A stretch of DNA of 63,835 nt, counting the filler, from Perkinsus olseni (taxonomy: Eukaryota), in the NCBI GenBank assembly GCA_013115125.1. It is 14 parts of 14 records of this genome, joined end to end, with 100 filler letters (N's around TTAATTAATTAA, not from the genome) between each part and the next. Parts side by side here need not be neighbours in the genome. Positions count along the whole stretch, not along the records: positions 36,746 to 41,191 come from JABANN010001273.1; positions 41,292 to 45,733 come from JABANN010001274.1; positions 45,834 to 50,268 come from JABANN010001275.1; positions 50,369 to 54,802 come from JABANN010001276.1; 10 more parts are not named here. One strand, given 5' to 3'. Both the position numbers and the translations under genes were made by a program. Shown here piece after piece: positions 38,995-51,891 of this stretch. Numbering within the stretch: position 1 is the stretch's first letter; each line of letters starts with the position of its first letter. Under the pieces are notes generated by a model that saw nothing but the letters and a program-made list of their open reading frames with translations, had not been told where the DNA came from and ran no database searches.

Positions 38995-41548
38995 TTGATG
39001 TGGCAGATGAACAGAACGAGAGTGACAGACAACGTCCCACGCGTGCACACGCCGTGACGGTTTTTCATTGGCCGAGAACAGATGCACTATGGTGACACCG
39101 GGTGACAACAACCTTCGCGACTGCTGCGTACCATAGACCCAAAGGCCGCTCCTTGGCTGCTCTTTGTGCACATTTACTCTTTGTGCGTCCGATGATCTGA
39201 CTCCGATCGTCCCGGTAATCGCGTGCCGTGCACACTGTTAAAGGCATCCTTTCCACTAGCTCGCCTCGAGTGACTCGAGTCGAGTCCGGTTTCACTGTTC
39301 TTTGAGCGCGTCTCGGATAGCCACGCTGTACTGAGTTAAAAGTGAAGTAGTCATAGCAGCTACGCAGCAGCAGTGAACTCCACTGAGGGGAGGTAGTTGT
39401 CACAGTGACAACAAGCGACTATAGTACATGGGTGGAGCATGCATGCATCGTGAGCGTATGGGTGTAGCGCAAGTGAAAGCGTTCACGCTTACTCATTCAA
39501 CGTAAAGCCTGTTGGTTCACCCAACTACCTATCAGTGAGAGACTCCCGTTAATTGATCCAGCACAACTGAACACATTCCTTGTCTGAGTCAACTCTAACG
39601 CATAGTCTGGGTCTGTAGCAGGGCTGGCTACTTTCAGCCTTTGCGATCTGATTCGTCAGCTATAGACGATCTGTTCAATAATCGATGCGCGTGCAGCTCA
39701 ATATATCGATCGGGCAGTATCTGCTCGAAGTCACGAAGATAGCGCTTGTGTGACGACCGATGCGCTCCAGCTAACAAGCCCAGTAATTCGTCAGAATGGC
39801 TTGGCTTTACGTTGGTGCCTTTGCAAGTAGAAACAGATTATCGAACCCTGACGCCTAGGCTCGACCGCCGCCCACCATCCCCCTTGGCGAGATTAGCCGC
39901 CCATCCGATTGCAAGACAAGCACCTTTCCGATGTTTCTAGTGGTTCTGATGGATACACTGCGGGCATTCTACTACTGAACAACCTAGCCATGCTTGAAGC
40001 TCGAGTTTTTCAGCGAAAATGGACGTGCTCGATAGTCGACACTTACCCGTCGACCCTCACGTGCTCAGATGAGAGGCTTAGGATGAAGACGTGTGTTCCG
40101 GTGCTGGTCTCGAGCATGCCTCAGCTCAGTTCGTCGTATGTGCCAGTTTGAAGTCCAACGCCAACGACGTTACGCCACCGCCGGCTCAGTTACACGCGAA
40201 GCCCGCGCGCTAGCAGCTTGACGATGAGTTCTGTGTTGCGTGATTCCGTTGGAGCGAATGCCGCCATAATGGGTGCACAGAACCAACTCAGACAAGATGG
40301 TTCTACTCTTAAGCCTTTTGTAATCTATTTCGTGGATAAATCATCAAATTCGCCGAGATAAACGAAGTTGAAGGTCCGACTCTGGAACCGGTATATCTAT
40401 TTCGCACGTTGACCTTTCAATTTCGTGGTGAGACTCGAATTCCCACGCTGGTCCTTCGTAATATCGACTCATACACGATGGAACTTTCAAATTTTTGGCT
40501 CTGATAAAGCCAATTTCGAAAATGAGAAGTTCGATTGAAGTCTTCGTTTTCCGCCGCCTCTAATCGACTGCCGTCGTGGTCCCGTATGCATCGAGTACGC
40601 TCAAGTGTTCCCTGGATCAGACCATCGGGGTCTCGCGTGTCGATCATTCGACACAGAATGACATGTTGCCTCCCAGCGAAGCTCAAGTACTATCCGATGA
40701 TCTTGAATAATAATTTTGACCATATTGACGACATGAACGCTGAATGTTGATAAAACCGCCTCGCGTAGTGCATCAGTCGAATACTAATGTACTAATGGGC
40801 CGCTCGAAAAAAATCTAGCTCGGGCAAAGAATACCTACTGGGGAAACTAACCATACAACAACGGATGGAAAAAAGGTTGTTGATGATGTTGGAAAAATGG
40901 CGTTGACGAGAGAATGACACGACCAATACACTCGTGAGGCTGATGCTAACGAGGCTTCAAGACCCGGGAAACGGGTTGAGAGAGAAGCTTTGATACAGTA
41001 CTCAATAACACTGGACTGTCTTTGGGCGCTTCACGTCCGGCACAATCAACAGTCGAGGTTGGATAGCTTCGCTCGGCGAAGGAGGACTCGCCCGCTATCG
41101 CCATAAGCCTGCTCCTCCGGCACCGATGACAGACCGGCCTGAGCAGAATCAGGTGGCGGACCAGAGTCAGATGGCTGATCAGATTCAGATGNNNNNNNNN
41201 NNNNNNNNNNNNNNNNNNNNNNNNNNNNNNNNNNNTTAATTAATTAANNNNNNNNNNNNNNNNNNNNNNNNNNNNNNNNNNNNNNNNNNNNTGGTCTATC
41301 AAATTTATATTTTGTATCAAGATATTATTACATTCTCAATTCATGCATTTTCAAGTAATTTTCCACATAGGTTATACTTTTATACCGTTGGCCTTATTAT
41401 TCGCTCTTCGAGATTATAAACCACGTTCTCGTGGTCTGATAGTGTGAGGAATGTCGCAGGGCGTGGTCGACCACAACGATGGTAGATCAAAATGGTTGAT
41501 CTATAAGTCTGGGAGTACTTCTGAAGTGCACAATTATTCCAACTTCAA

Positions 41549-43211
41549 TATGCAGAGACTCTGTACTGAGTGGCCAATCGTAGATTTTGCTATTTTGCTC
41601 GGTCTTCTTGCTGTTCGACGTCTGCTGTTATTGTGTGTAACAATAAGAGTTTCTTCGTTACACATCGGAGATTTCTCCCTTCTCCTCGTGCTATCAGGTG
41701 ATAGGAGTATGCAGCTTCGTTCGGAGGGCAGAGCGCGAGGCCGTCTTCTCATCGAGTCCAACCTGGAAAGGTACTCTCGGGCCACTTGTTGGGGTCCTGG
41801 TTCTCAGCATAGCAGTCTTAGGAATGATGATGTTAGGGGTGTGGATAGAAAGGAAACAGAAATTCGTTCGAAGCTCGTACGGTGGAAGACGCAGGGGTTG
41901 GCTCCCGAAAACAACCGTGCACACTAGTACAGTCGTAGGGAGAGGCAATCGTGTGACGTACACAGATCGGAAACTGCGAGAGGCCCGATTTAAACAGCCT
42001 GTAGCGTCAGCAGGCCCAAACCCCGGCATAACTGGTGACAACTCAACCTGGCCATCTCTAGAAGATGGGGTCTCAAATAGATTGTGTGAGTTGGGCATCA
42101 GAAGATGGGAAATGGAAGGGTACACGATAGAATGTAGGATCACAGTCCTCAACTATGCCGGAAAAGAGTTGGCGATGATCGCCCTAGGAGTACGCGTACA
42201 ACAAACGGGACAGACTGTGCTTGCGTCACAGTATTGTACCGTATGTCGCGTGGACGGAGCACTGGACTCTAAGAGGAGCTCTGGGTGATTGACGGCCAGA
42301 CTCAGAGCCGATCACCCGGGATGGGCCAGGCCGTACACTGCAAGCCCAAAACTAGAATACTTAACTTTACTTTCGCTGGGGGTATAGCTCTGTGGGCTCG
42401 TGACGATCTGCTTCCCATGACAGATATATCCGCAAATTGAGGAAGAAGGAGCCAACCTTGGACTGTAGCACTGAGGTGATTATAGGAGCAGTCCCATACC
42501 ACTCCAATCGTAACTTTTATCATCCGCCCCCGGTGTTGCTCGATCCCTGTCTGCGTAGAATCTTAGGTCGGTGACAGTTTGTTACGGGTGTTCAGGATGT
42601 CTTCGTATCGTGGTTACGATACTTTCATAAGGAGTATGATGATGAGTGGTTCAGCAAGAACTACAAGCGCCTAGCTCACGGACCTTTCCGAGAGGTAGTG
42701 CGCGAGAGTGTTTTGGTAGTGATTGTCTTTCGGTGGTGCTGGGGCTTCATCGCAGTGGTTACTTTCTGACCACTGTGATAAACTTGCTGAGGCTTGCAAT
42801 CTTACGTCCACTTGACATTCCTCAGGTCTTTGATGCGTTCAACAACATCGGTGGTGATGCTTACTCTTCGGCTGATACTAGTGCGGACGCCGGGAAAAGT
42901 AATACGAACGATCTACTGATGTTTGAGGAAATCCAAGAGAAGCAAGATTCGCAAGTGAGCGCTCATTCTCACATGGAGCTTCTTTCATCAGTTTGTGGTT
43001 GTAGTTCGACCCGTTGATGCGTCCGAGTGTTTCACCTGGGAGAGATCATCCGCCCATGGCTCCTGCCGATGATGTGCTGGATTTGTCTCGAGTGAGATGT
43101 TCGGTGCTGCAGGAGATGCCTAGGTCACGAGTATTGCACGTTGGAGGTCGCAGGTTCGATCCCGGCCAGAGGCACCTTCTCCGCCGAGTTCGAATACTGA
43201 TGCATGTCTGA
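41549..43211 (+). CDS. Multi-exon membrane-anchored protein, possibly GT61-like glycosyltransferase, apparently truncated or degenerate
   Basis: GT-AG exons reading PYHSNRNFYH...DVFVSWLRYF...GPFREVFDAF resemble the GT61 N.YH...D motif; boundaries uncertain. Confidence 0.35.
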
Positions 43212-43308
43212 TTGACTTATAGTAGTTACTGAACGGCACTTGGCGTTTCCGAGATCTCCGTTGAGTGTTAAGTTCTTAATAGAGTTGGGGCATTGGCGTG
43301 GTGGGCGC

Positions 43309-45153
43309 ATGACTCTTACCGTGAGGTTCAGTTAGGTGGGGCGTGTGTACTCCCTGCATGCGGCGGTAAAGTCCAGCTGGCCACGTCGGTCGTAGGAGAT
43401 CTCGTAGTCGTTTCAGTTTTGCTCCTCTCCTGCTCTGTAGTGATGGGAGGAGTGATCTCAACAATAGATGGTACGACAGGCATGCTGGCGTTGATGGCCA
43501 ATGGTGTTATCATGAACATCCTCCAGCTGGCGGCCTATGGTATTATGACGCCGTTCAGTAGAGATGCCTTCAGGAAGCTCAATTGGTGAGGGGGGAGGAG
43601 GGGCACTCGTGCCCTCCTCATTCTATTGTCATCCACCTTCTGGCATCTGAATGGTTGATGTGTTGCTGTTGCGGCTGGTGATGATCGTTTGAGTTGGCCC
43701 CCCCTAGGGACTCGCGAGTGTGGCACGCAGGGAGCTACGGCGTGGTTGAGCTTCCTAACCAGGCCGTGACATCCTCAACTTTAGTACACAGGCTTCTGCC
43801 CCCCTCTGTCATCTGTCACCTTATTGTCGTCTTACTGCTTATCAGAGCAAGATAGGGGGATCAGCGGGATACTTTATCCAAGGTACATCTGTTACCTGTC
43901 TTGGGCCCCTTTGATAGCCTGGGGTGAGCGTACCACACGCTTAGTGATGCATGGCAATGCTCAGGACTGGGGACAGCTATCGAGGTAGATGGCACTGCTT
44001 CGAAGGGTTGCTGATAGTGGTGCGACCGTTCAGGGACAGGGCGCTGGTTCTGTCTAATCATATCGCGGGGATGGACTGGCTCATGATGTGGGCTGTGACG
44101 GAGAGGACAGGAGGACTGCCGGCCTGCAAGGCTCTACTCAAGGTCTTATTCACATACAGGGGTTGAAGTCGGAATATTTTGCGCACGATTATACTGTTGT
44201 AACCGGGGGGATGATGAAGTGGTTGCTGATGTTAGGAGTCTCTCCGGTTTCTCCCTTTCTTGGGGTGGTCCTGGGCGTGCGCGGATTACCCGTTTCTAGC
44301 ACGACAATGGGATAAGGATAAGAAGTCACTGGCAAAATCCTTTCAAAGATTACGAGAGTACGATGGGCACCTTGCAATCTTGCGGTACCTTGCATTTCCT
44401 TAATGCAGATATACCTCTCCGTACTTGCTGACTGTGTTTGCCGAAGGGACTCGTAGGACCGCAACCAAGTTGAGGGAGTCACAAGAGTTCGCCAAATCTA
44501 AGGGATGGAAGAGCCTTCAGAATGTGAGTTACGGGATGTCAGTGGGTGGATTCGAGCCGGGGACCTTCAGGTCTTGCTACCCAAGACTAAAGGTTTCACT
44601 GCGACTGTGAATGCGTTAGCGGACCAACTGGACAGCGTGTAAGGCGGACGTCCCTTCCGGCCTCTATCAAGTCAAGTTTGCTTGGTTGAATCCATCGTTT
44701 TGAACTTATCAATTTTTCTATCAGCTGTGATGGTTGTTACAACCTGCACATGATGAGCCTTTTAGGTTCGATGTCACCTTAGTAAGCCCGCCTGGACTGG
44801 AGCCAACCCTCGGTAAGTAGGCTGCTTGGGGGCCCAGGTCCTCGGCTGAGAAAAGTGTTAACGTAGTTTTAATCGTTAACGCATCGAAGGGTTGTCTCGA
44901 CGAGTAGATGGTATCTTTGCAGGCAGTGTCATCACTGGCAAAGACGCGGAGCTTCATGTCCTACTTGACCGTATACCAATCGACAAGATCCCTCTGGGCG
45001 ATGATACAAAGTTGGATGCCTGGCTCCGACACAGGTAAGTGGACTACCCCTAAGCCGCAGCAGCAGGGTCGTCTAGGTGGGCTGTCAAAGACGATAGGAT
45101 CAGCGGGTTTTTATCGAGTGGCAGCTGTACATTTCCTGGCGGGATTAAGCAAG
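43309..45153 (+). CDS. 1-acylglycerol-3-phosphate / lysocardiolipin acyltransferase (AGPAT/LCLAT-like), multi-exon, 3' end uncertain
   Basis: LVLSNHIAGMDW (NHx4D), LTVFAEGTR, SQEFAKSKG...NVLLPKTKGF, FDVTL, WLRHR. Confidence 0.85.
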
Positions 45154-45225
45154 TGACCTCCTTCAATAGGAGGATACTCCCGAGAGGTAACTGGCTAGCC
45201 ATGTGACCCCTCCTGATGGGCGCAT

Positions 45226-45637
45226 ATTCTCTATGGCTTCGAGACGACATCCGTCGGATCGAGAAGCTCGGTTGTGGCAGCGCGTTGGCTGCGCTGGGGG
45301 GAATCTTATCTCAACTCGGCCTTTCTCTCGAAAAATTCACGGAAAATTTTGAGGTGTCCCGGTTTTTTCGGCGAGTGTTAGGAACATCGGATTTGGTAGG
45401 CAAGTTGGTAGACTGTTTGAAGTTCCGATGGAACAGCAGTTTCATCAAAAAAATTCTCTATGGCTTCGAGACGGCAGACGTCGGATCGAGTAGCTCGGTT
45501 ATGGCAGCGCGTTGGCTGCGCTGTGGGGAATCTTACCTTCTTTCTCGAATAATGCACGAAAAATTCTGAGGTGTCGCGATTTTTTCGACGAGTGTTAGGA
45601 ACATCGGATTTGGTAGGTGAGGTGGTAGACTGTTTGA
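45226..45637 (+). repeat. ~227-bp tandem repeat, 2 diverged units
   Basis: ATTCTCTATGGCTTCGAGACG...GGAACATCGGATTTGGTAGG...GACTGTTTGA starting at 45226 and 45453. Confidence 0.85.
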
Positions 45638-45999
45638 GCGGTTTTAACAAACGAATGTTCTTTGTAAAGCACACCCATGAGATTCGTTTTTCCCATTCGC
45701 TCCTCATTGAGGGTTCCTCAACCTTGGTCTTCANNNNNNNNNNNNNNNNNNNNNNNNNNNNNNNNNNNNNNNNNNNNTTAATTAATTAANNNNNNNNNNN
45801 NNNNNNNNNNNNNNNNNNNNNNNNNNNNNNNNNATGATCCACCAAGTGTTTTAAATCAGTCTTTAGAACCTTCTCGAGCCCACCAGCCGGGAGGATCTGG
45901 GAATTTTCATCAACGAGAGTCGTGTATTGATCTCTGTGCATCCCAGCTCTGAAGTCAGCACTCGCCGGACCATCACTGACTGTCAATAGTGTCATACTA

Positions 46000-46893
46000 T
46001 TGTGCGGACGGAGGAGCAATACTGTGAGGTTTTTTCGCTACCACATGGTAAGCGGCACTCTCAACTTGGCGCTCGAGCTGCGCGCCTGCGAGCTCCAGTT
46101 CGGCAAGATGGGCCATCAGTTTGTCGACTCCTGCTCGTTCACCATGCAGTTTTTCGGGCGCAGAAACCCAAAGGGATTCCATATCCCGGACGAGAATGGT
46201 GAGGAGCCGAAGGAAAGCAAGTGCTGCGTTCATCCGGCCTTGTGGGAGGTTATTCCTACGTACGGCATGGATAGCAACAATCCTGCTGGCTTACGAATAC
46301 GATACGACTCGGGCAAGACGGACTGGGTGAGGATTCCGACTGAACCATCCGAGGGAGATGTACTAGTGAAGGGGTATGGAAACTACGCTCATAATATCAC
46401 GCGTGCTCTTGAGGGTCTGGGAGCCAAATGGGAGCTTTGGGAGCTCAACATACCAGCTTTGCAATGGAGAAAGAGATGGGACTTCACGGATGACCTGATG
46501 GATTACGGGGACATCGACGTTACCGTCAATGCGACAGGAGACATACGTGTAGCAGCTGTCGAGGATCGCCCGAATGGCAGCATAAAGCTGTGGGACGGCA
46601 TGTCTTCTTCGCGGTTGTTCAAGTGCTCCGAGGCACACGGTAACGTACGCAGCTTGTGTTTCGCCTCGTGGGAGGTGCTCCTAGTCTCAACTAAGAAAGG
46701 GTTTTCAGATGATGTAGGGGAGCTCATGCTGTATTATGTTGGGTTGGACGGGCCCTGTAAAATGTTGGCACGAACTTGGTGGGTCTCCAGCTCTGAGCCG
46801 CCGTTTTTTTGGATAAGCCGATGCGGACACTATATTCACTTTGACGAGAAGCTGTTGCATCCGCCGGTTCAAGATTTGAAGCTGGTCTTTTGA
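46000..46893 (+). CDS. Hypothetical protein (3' exon; beta-propeller-like Trp-rich segments)
   Basis: 297-codon open frame; GSIKLWD...VRSLCF resembles a WD-like blade. Confidence 0.55.
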   Translation: MCGRRSNTVRFFRYHMVSGTLNLALELRACELQFGKMGHQFVDSCSFTMQFFGRRNPKGFHIPDENGEEPKESKCCVHPALWEVIPTYGMDSNNPAGLRIRYDSGKTDWVRIPTEPSEGDVLVKGYGNYAHNITRALEGLGAKWELWELNIPALQWRKRWDFTDDLMDYGDIDVTVNATGDIRVAAVEDRPNGSIKLWDGMSSSRLFKCSEAHGNVRSLCFASWEVLLVSTKKGFSDDVGELMLYYVGLDGPCKMLARTWWVSSSEPPFFWISRCGHYIHFDEKLLHPPVQDLKLVF

Positions 46894-47837
46894 TTTTGAT
46901 GTAGTGTTTCTTCGTGCGGATCTTGTTTCAGCGCTGTTTCCAGAATTGAGTTCGGCGCAAGTTGGTAGAAGCTGAGTAGCCAGCAGGGGTCGTTAACGCG
47001 ACTCGAAGTATGGGAGTTATAGGCATTGTGCGCGACAATCGGAGAGGGCGGAGGATCATTGGGCTGCCCATCGTTGCTGACACGTCCCATCAGTGCTCCG
47101 TCATTGATACTGTATCAGTGATACATCACCGCCTTGGACCAAGTTCCTTTGTCACTCGCTCAGAGCCAGCTTAGCATATCCTATCCAATTCTCATGGAAC
47201 TCGAGATAGTGCCCAATCAGACTCTGATTATCAGAGTCAGGCCCGGCATGATCCAGATATCGCTTTTGCCCCTCGGAATGGCCAGGAAGCCGATGTCATT
47301 GTGTTTAGCGACGAAGTCGGCAGGAACGAACTAAACTATCGCAACTGCACAGCAAATAGAGGCTCTAGACCACACGATATGCTCGGTAAGAACTGTGAGT
47401 ATAATGATAGCTCAGAGCTATCGTTATACAACGTGTGCCCCACAGAGCTACATTAGCTCTAGTTCATTAGGCTCGGTTTAATCTACCTCATTAGCTACAT
47501 TAGCTACATGTGTATTAGCTCACATGATTGGTTTTGGGAAAGCAACCCCGCTGGATATCAGTGAAACAAGTTAAGACATATAAATCACATCACTCAGGCA
47601 GAGATGCTTGGGAGACCAGTACTGCCGGTACGATCGCGTTATCCTGAAAATCAATCCGATGAGGTCCACTGAGAACATACGATTCGCGATGAGTGTGTGA
47701 GGTGTACGGCGTATGAGTGTTTGAGTTTCAAGCTGAGTGGACCGATTACTCGGTTAGCTCGGATTATTCACGTGATGAACTGTGAATCTTTTGAGCACTC
47801 AAGCGCTAATGAGCCTGAGAGCCCTCGAACACTAAAC

Positions 47838-48413
47838 TTCAGACTCTGAAGTTCAGAGCAACCGCTATTGCCTGCCACACAAGCTACGGACCTCAAAGTA
47901 GTATCTCACCTCAATCTCACGTCCAAATGCCTTCCTCTCCCCGGTAATACACCGCCATTTCCTGAAGTAGGCTTTCAAAATATGCGTTGAGTTCCTCCAA
48001 GTCTTGAATACGGCAGCCAGCTCCGCGAGCTTATCGAACGACGCTCCTCGCTTCTTCGAGTTTAAAAGTAAATCTCGTTCTTCGAGAGCTTCCCCCATCG
48101 TCGAACAGGCCGAACCGTAGACGGCCTTTTTACGCCCCTTCGAAAGAGTGACCATAATACGACATATATAGCTCCCCTTGTTCCGTGTTAAATGATGCGG
48201 CAGCTTCGTAGGTCTGCGACGACTGCGCACGACTCTGCGAAGATCTTTCGGAGTACCACCGGCTTTCTTGATAGTTCTCATCACAGCCAGATCAGTGATG
48301 GCCTCCTCAGTAGATTTTCTTAGATTACCGTACACTCTTTGGCCATTTACAAACACGCAAGCGATGAGCTTTTTATTATTCACGTTGATCCCAGTTGGAA
48401 GAGGCTCGGACAT
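47838..48413 (-). CDS. Basic protein with two AP2-like DNA-binding domains, paralog A
   Basis: LPTGINVNNKKLIACVFVNGQRVYG...STEEAITDL and LPHHLTRNKGSYICRIMV...VYGSACSTMGEALEERD; 3' end approximate. Confidence 0.6.
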
Positions 48414-49345
48414 GATAAAACACACGAACGCTAACAGGATAAATTCACTGGTATGACGAGCATTGAGCTGATATTCAACCCCCTCCGCTCGATCCAACCC
48501 GAACCCGAATCTTTACAATCGAGGAGTAGACAAACTTAGAGGGAGTAATTCTCGGATGTAAACCGTGGCTCCACTGCAGAGCATTTATGTCTTGTTGATC
48601 AAACTTGTTTGTGCTGGGTACCGGGTATGGCACTTCGATTGAAGAAGATAGAGATGACCTCCCCGACGACGCTCGTCGTCCAGCTGCTGAGTGCTGTGGA
48701 ATCTCTGTCTCGACTATGGCTAGTGACGGGATGATACGCACAAACCATCAGAAGCCGGACGTATCTTCTTGTTATATAGTTTGGCGTTGAAGTGACTATA
48801 AGTTTGCTAATAGCAGAGTTGAAGTATACCCGAACCAGCATCATCACATCGCAGCATAACGTGTCAGAAGAGACGTTCAGTGCAGGCAAGCACGGTAATT
48901 TTGCCAATTCAAGCTGAACTCACTCATTTTCGTTCGCAATTTGATGATTTCAAATCATTGATCTACCAACTCGACGATTTTCTCATTTGTGAAAACCACT
49001 AGACGAAGGGTGGCTCGTCCACGATGAGCTATCATGCATGCATTCCGATACACAAAGTGCGCTTCCAGTGACGAATCTTCTTGTCACGATGATGAAATAC
49101 TGTACTACCTAAACAGACAGCCTTCACAATAAGCGGAAACGACGGAATGACCGCACAAGTATGGCTCCGAATACGGTCCGACTTGACAACGAATCACATC
49201 CTGTAGTATAGCGACAGAACTGAGGTCTTGCTACACCGTCACCACAGAGGGTAAACTGAGGTGTTGTGCACGAATATTAAATGTCTGCGACGTGCTCTTG
49301 GAATTTTCTCGTATAACTGACACGCCCACTTACTTGAGAAGCATC

Positions 49346-49985
49346 TCACGCCACCTGACGGCGCCGTCGTTTCGGACCTTGGTCCGGTGAGCCCTGCTCA
49401 AAGGATCGAATCGGGACCAACAATGTCCGGGATTTCTCACTTTCTCCAGTCTCCGTGATGTTGCTTCATTCACTTGAGCCGCCGCAGCCGCGTCGCGAAA
49501 TCTTGGAGCTTTGAAGCTCGTAACAAGTTCAACAAGCCGATCGTATGATGCACCTCTCTCTCGAGCTTCTAGCAAGGCTTCACGCTGCGCCCAGGCCTCG
49601 TCAACGCCGGTGCACCAAGATCCGTAAATGGTCCTCTTCTCGCCATTAACAGTCTTAAGAATGCGGCGAACGTAACCTCCTCTATTTTTCGTGATGTTAC
49701 TCGGCATTTTCGGCTGTTTACGTCTAGCGCTGACCATCTCTCGCATATCTGTTCAACCTCTCAACGACTCTCAGTGGCGTAACTGTGAATACCTTCCAAT
49801 GTTGTCCCGTCCTCTTTAGCTTTCTCGAGAAGTCTCCGATCTTCAATGGCGGAGGCCAATTGGCCGCGTAAAGCGCCGTAGACCCGAACGTACTTGCCAA
49901 TCGCTCCGTCTTTAACATATATGCTGGCTATGTACTTTCCGCCGTTGACGTTTATACCTTTCGGAATATAGGGTGACGAGACCAT
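49346..49985 (-). CDS. Basic protein with two AP2-like domains, paralog B (introns at 49749-49792 and about 49394-49440)
   Basis: IPKGINVNGGKYIASIYV...VYG...SAIEDR; splicing gives GTTLEDMREMVSARRKQPKMPSNITKNRGGYVRRI...IYGSWCTGVDEAWAQRE, colinear with paralog A. Confidence 0.65.
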
Positions 49986-50369
49986 ATTTAGAACTAAAAG
50001 TCTCTTAGTAAGAGAACTTATATACCTACCCTATCTAACTGAATATAACTAACCTTAAATTAACTTGAACACTTGAGCCGATTCAAAACAGGCAATGTCG
50101 TATGCTCGCGGAGGAATCTAAGTTACAGACTGTAAACATCCGCCCCACTTCCGTTCCACGGGCGAGCGCGAAGATAAGGGTCGTCGCGCAGGGTAATACA
50201 GGTTTCGCCAACCCGGATTTCGCCAAAATGACACCTAACGGATTTCCAGACTCTTGGACATGTTTGTTNNNNNNNNNNNNNNNNNNNNNNNNNNNNNNNN
50301 NNNNNNNNNNNNTTAATTAATTAANNNNNNNNNNNNNNNNNNNNNNNNNNNNNNNNNNNNNNNNNNNNC

Positions 50370-50441
50370 TTTATTAAATTGCTCTGGGGATTTACTAATT
50401 TGCTCTGGGGTTTTACTAAGTAGGTCTGGAAATGGTGTAGT
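50370..50441. repeat. 72-bp repeat, exact inverted copy at 54731-54802
   Basis: Both contig ends carry it; internal TTGCTCTGGGG..TTTACTAA duplication. Confidence 0.9.
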
Positions 50442-50470
50442 TGCCCGGTGGTCACTCAACCGCTGGCTAG

Positions 50471-51811
50471 GTGACGGTTGTTGGTCGGAGAGGCTTCCCC
50501 GAGGCTAAATTCACGAATAAGGAGCTGCGTGAGATCACTCGCATCGACGGTGTCACGGCGAGGGCCTTCAAGTCCGAGGTAACAGTGGAAAACGTCAGTT
50601 CCCCTCATCACATTTGCCTTGTTCAGCTAATAGGGAAGGAAGACTGGCATCTCGATCGCGCCAAGAAGCGCGGCTTGCATTTGGTTGAAGAGATGGCCGC
50701 TCATGGATCGCCGCCCACTGGCCGCCAGGTGACTGCTGTTTGCTGCAGTACAGGCTGATGCGATCGACAAGTGGAAGACAACTGCGGTAGATACTGCTGC
50801 GGTTCCATAGTGTCCCTAGGAGAGTGCTTACGAGTGCCGATGGCAGGACCCTGAAAGGGATCCTCGTGGAACATCCTGACGGCACAACTGAAGTGAGAGC
50901 GTTCAAGCGTATCCCACCGCGCTTGGCTGCTTCACCCTTCTTTCAGGCTATTCCCTGTAGCCTGCTGGTAGAGGCAGTGCGGTTCAAGGTGGTGCCTCCT
51001 GCGGTAACATCCCAGCCAGGCGTGGCATCTGATTGCGTCACGGATGACCTGCAGGTCGACTCGCGTAAGTGTGTTTTCTTCTGCGGTTGATACGATGGTT
51101 GCTGCTCAGGGACAGGCGGTATGGCACACGATGGAACGGGTAGAGTCCGCCCTGGTCTGTATCTAGCAGGCTGGGCCAAGAGAGGTCCGACTGGCATCAT
51201 CGCGGCCAACATACCGTGCAGCCAAGCCACTGCCAATGCTGGTAAGCCTTTTCTCTCGTGGGCATGGATGATGGTGTGTTGTCTGATGCCGGCCTATCCA
51301 CCACGGAATTGAATCGAGTATATTGTAGAATAGAGGCGAGTAACAGAAGATGCAGATTCTGCGTTGCAGAATCGGGTGAAGTGGAGTGAAAGAGTCGCTC
51401 TTTTACTCCACTTCACGCGACTCAACGAATCTCACCACTCTTTAAGAGTGTTGAGATCGTTGGCCGCAAAGAGCCGCACCCGACGGTAGAAGGTCTTTCG
51501 TATAACGGCTTCCTTTTGTGCGCAAGCGTCCCTTTCGCGGGGTGCGTGTGGCCCACTTGATTGGGGTTCGAAATTCAAATCGATTCAGAGTAGAGATAGG
51601 CTTGGAAGTTCCCGTGGAAACATTCTCCATTCCCATACTTCCGTTTAGTCGTAGAAGACATCTCGAAGTGGCGGATGCTCCACGGTGAAGGCGAAGAGGT
51701 GGATGAATCGGATGCTTGGATGGTAATAATTGATGAACACTCGCCCAGGCCAGCTCACGCTACTCCCTGCAGGTGCACGATATCCCGTCGGCTCGAGAAT
51801 GCAGATTCTAA
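50471..51811 (+). CDS. NADPH:adrenodoxin oxidoreductase (ferredoxin-NADP+ reductase), 3' exons
   Basis: [42 protein letters not shown]. Confidence 0.88.
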
Positions 51812-51891
51812 AAGATCTTCCCTACTGTGTGTCTACTAATCGTGTTTATAAGCAATTTACAATTGAATTTTCTTGTTGAGCTCAGTGGTGT

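Noticed and set aside
50071-50090. Spliced-leader relic (CTTGAGCC)
   Set aside because: Only 8 nt match the reverse complement of the Perkinsus/dinoflagellate SL; no fuller SL was seen by eye in the window.
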